DNA from: a virus | Taxonomy: Duplodnaviria > Caudoviricetes | Reading direction: 5' to 3' (one strand) | DNA length: 64,000 bases | IMG/VR virus record: IMGVR_UViG_3300027996_003878 | Shown here: piece after piece, positions 63,848 to 64,000 of the stretch | Numbering within the stretch: the stretch's first letter is position 1 | Layout: each line of letters begins with the position of its first letter | Made by a program: the position numbers and the translations under genes | Notes under the pieces: generated by a model | Databases searched by the model: none | Told to the model about the DNA's origin: nothing | Seen by the model: only the letters and a program-made list of their open reading frames with translations

Positions 63848-64000
63848 TTAAAAATCAATAAAATATTTTAAATCAAGATAACTAAATTCTTCTTCAAAAT
63901 AAATTGGCTTAAAGTTAGATTTAGTCAATTCATAAAAAATATAATTTTTATTTTTATAAGCGTCTTTGGCTTTTAGAGCTTTAGCTTTATTTATAAAAGG
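63848..64000 (-). CDS. 3' fragment of a protein entering from beyond the window
   Basis: Open frame ...YKNKNYIFYELTKSNFKPIYFEEEFSYLDLKYFIDF*. Confidence 0.45.
   Translation of the reverse strand, partial: PFINKAKALKAKDAYKNKNYIFYELTKSNFKPIYFEEEFSYLDLKYFIDF

Noticed and set aside
1-64000. Genome-wide TAG reassignment (as in Lak or crAss-like phages)
   Set aside because: Long conserved genes are uninterrupted in code 11, several end naturally at TAG (topA, RpoH-like, AAA ATPase), Trp uses TGG, and only one suspicious TAG (3918) was found.
1-64000. CRISPR array, rRNA or IS element
   Set aside because: I saw no regularly spaced direct repeats, rRNA-like sequence, transposase motifs or terminal inverted repeats with target duplications by eye.
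1-64000. Ordinary bacterial chromosome segment
   Set aside because: Host-like genes are isolated, truncated or divergent, lie among many unknown small ORFs and homing endonucleases, and have no operon partners (no clpX, other rps genes, thrAB or cysDN). A large phage fits better, though virion genes outside the window are needed to confirm it.

Overview
A gene-dense, strongly AT-rich 64 kb segment, mostly coded on the minus strand, that looks like part of a jumbo (very large) bacteriophage genome. This is an inference from gene content: many short unknown ORFs, free-standing HNH and LAGLIDADG endonucleases, and scattered host-like genes with no housekeeping operons. No capsid, terminase or tail gene is visible in this window. 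Recognisable genes: dUTPase, ribosomal protein bS21, topoisomerase IA, ClpP, an FtsK-type ATPase, two HU/IHF proteins, an RpoD-like and an RpoH-like sigma factor, a minimal TilS next to a tRNA with a CAU anticodon, a MoxR-VWA pair, metabolic genes (frameshifted cysteine synthase, APS kinase, PurA, threonine synthase), an HD alarmone-hydrolase-like protein and a sugar-modification cluster at the right end. The most interesting signals are five. (1) A TilS plus tRNA(CAU) module that could supply AUA decoding. (2) A promoter-driven ~100 nt structured RNA showing a perfect anti-Shine-Dalgarno sequence in a hairpin loop. (3) A shared helical leader motif on unrelated basic proteins that also recurs between the domains of a three-domain ADP-ribosyltransferase-like polyprotein. 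(4) A paralogue family with a shared C-terminal domain flanking MoxR-VWA. (5) A set of enzyme homologues with eroded active sites. All family assignments come from motif recognition by eye, not from database searches.
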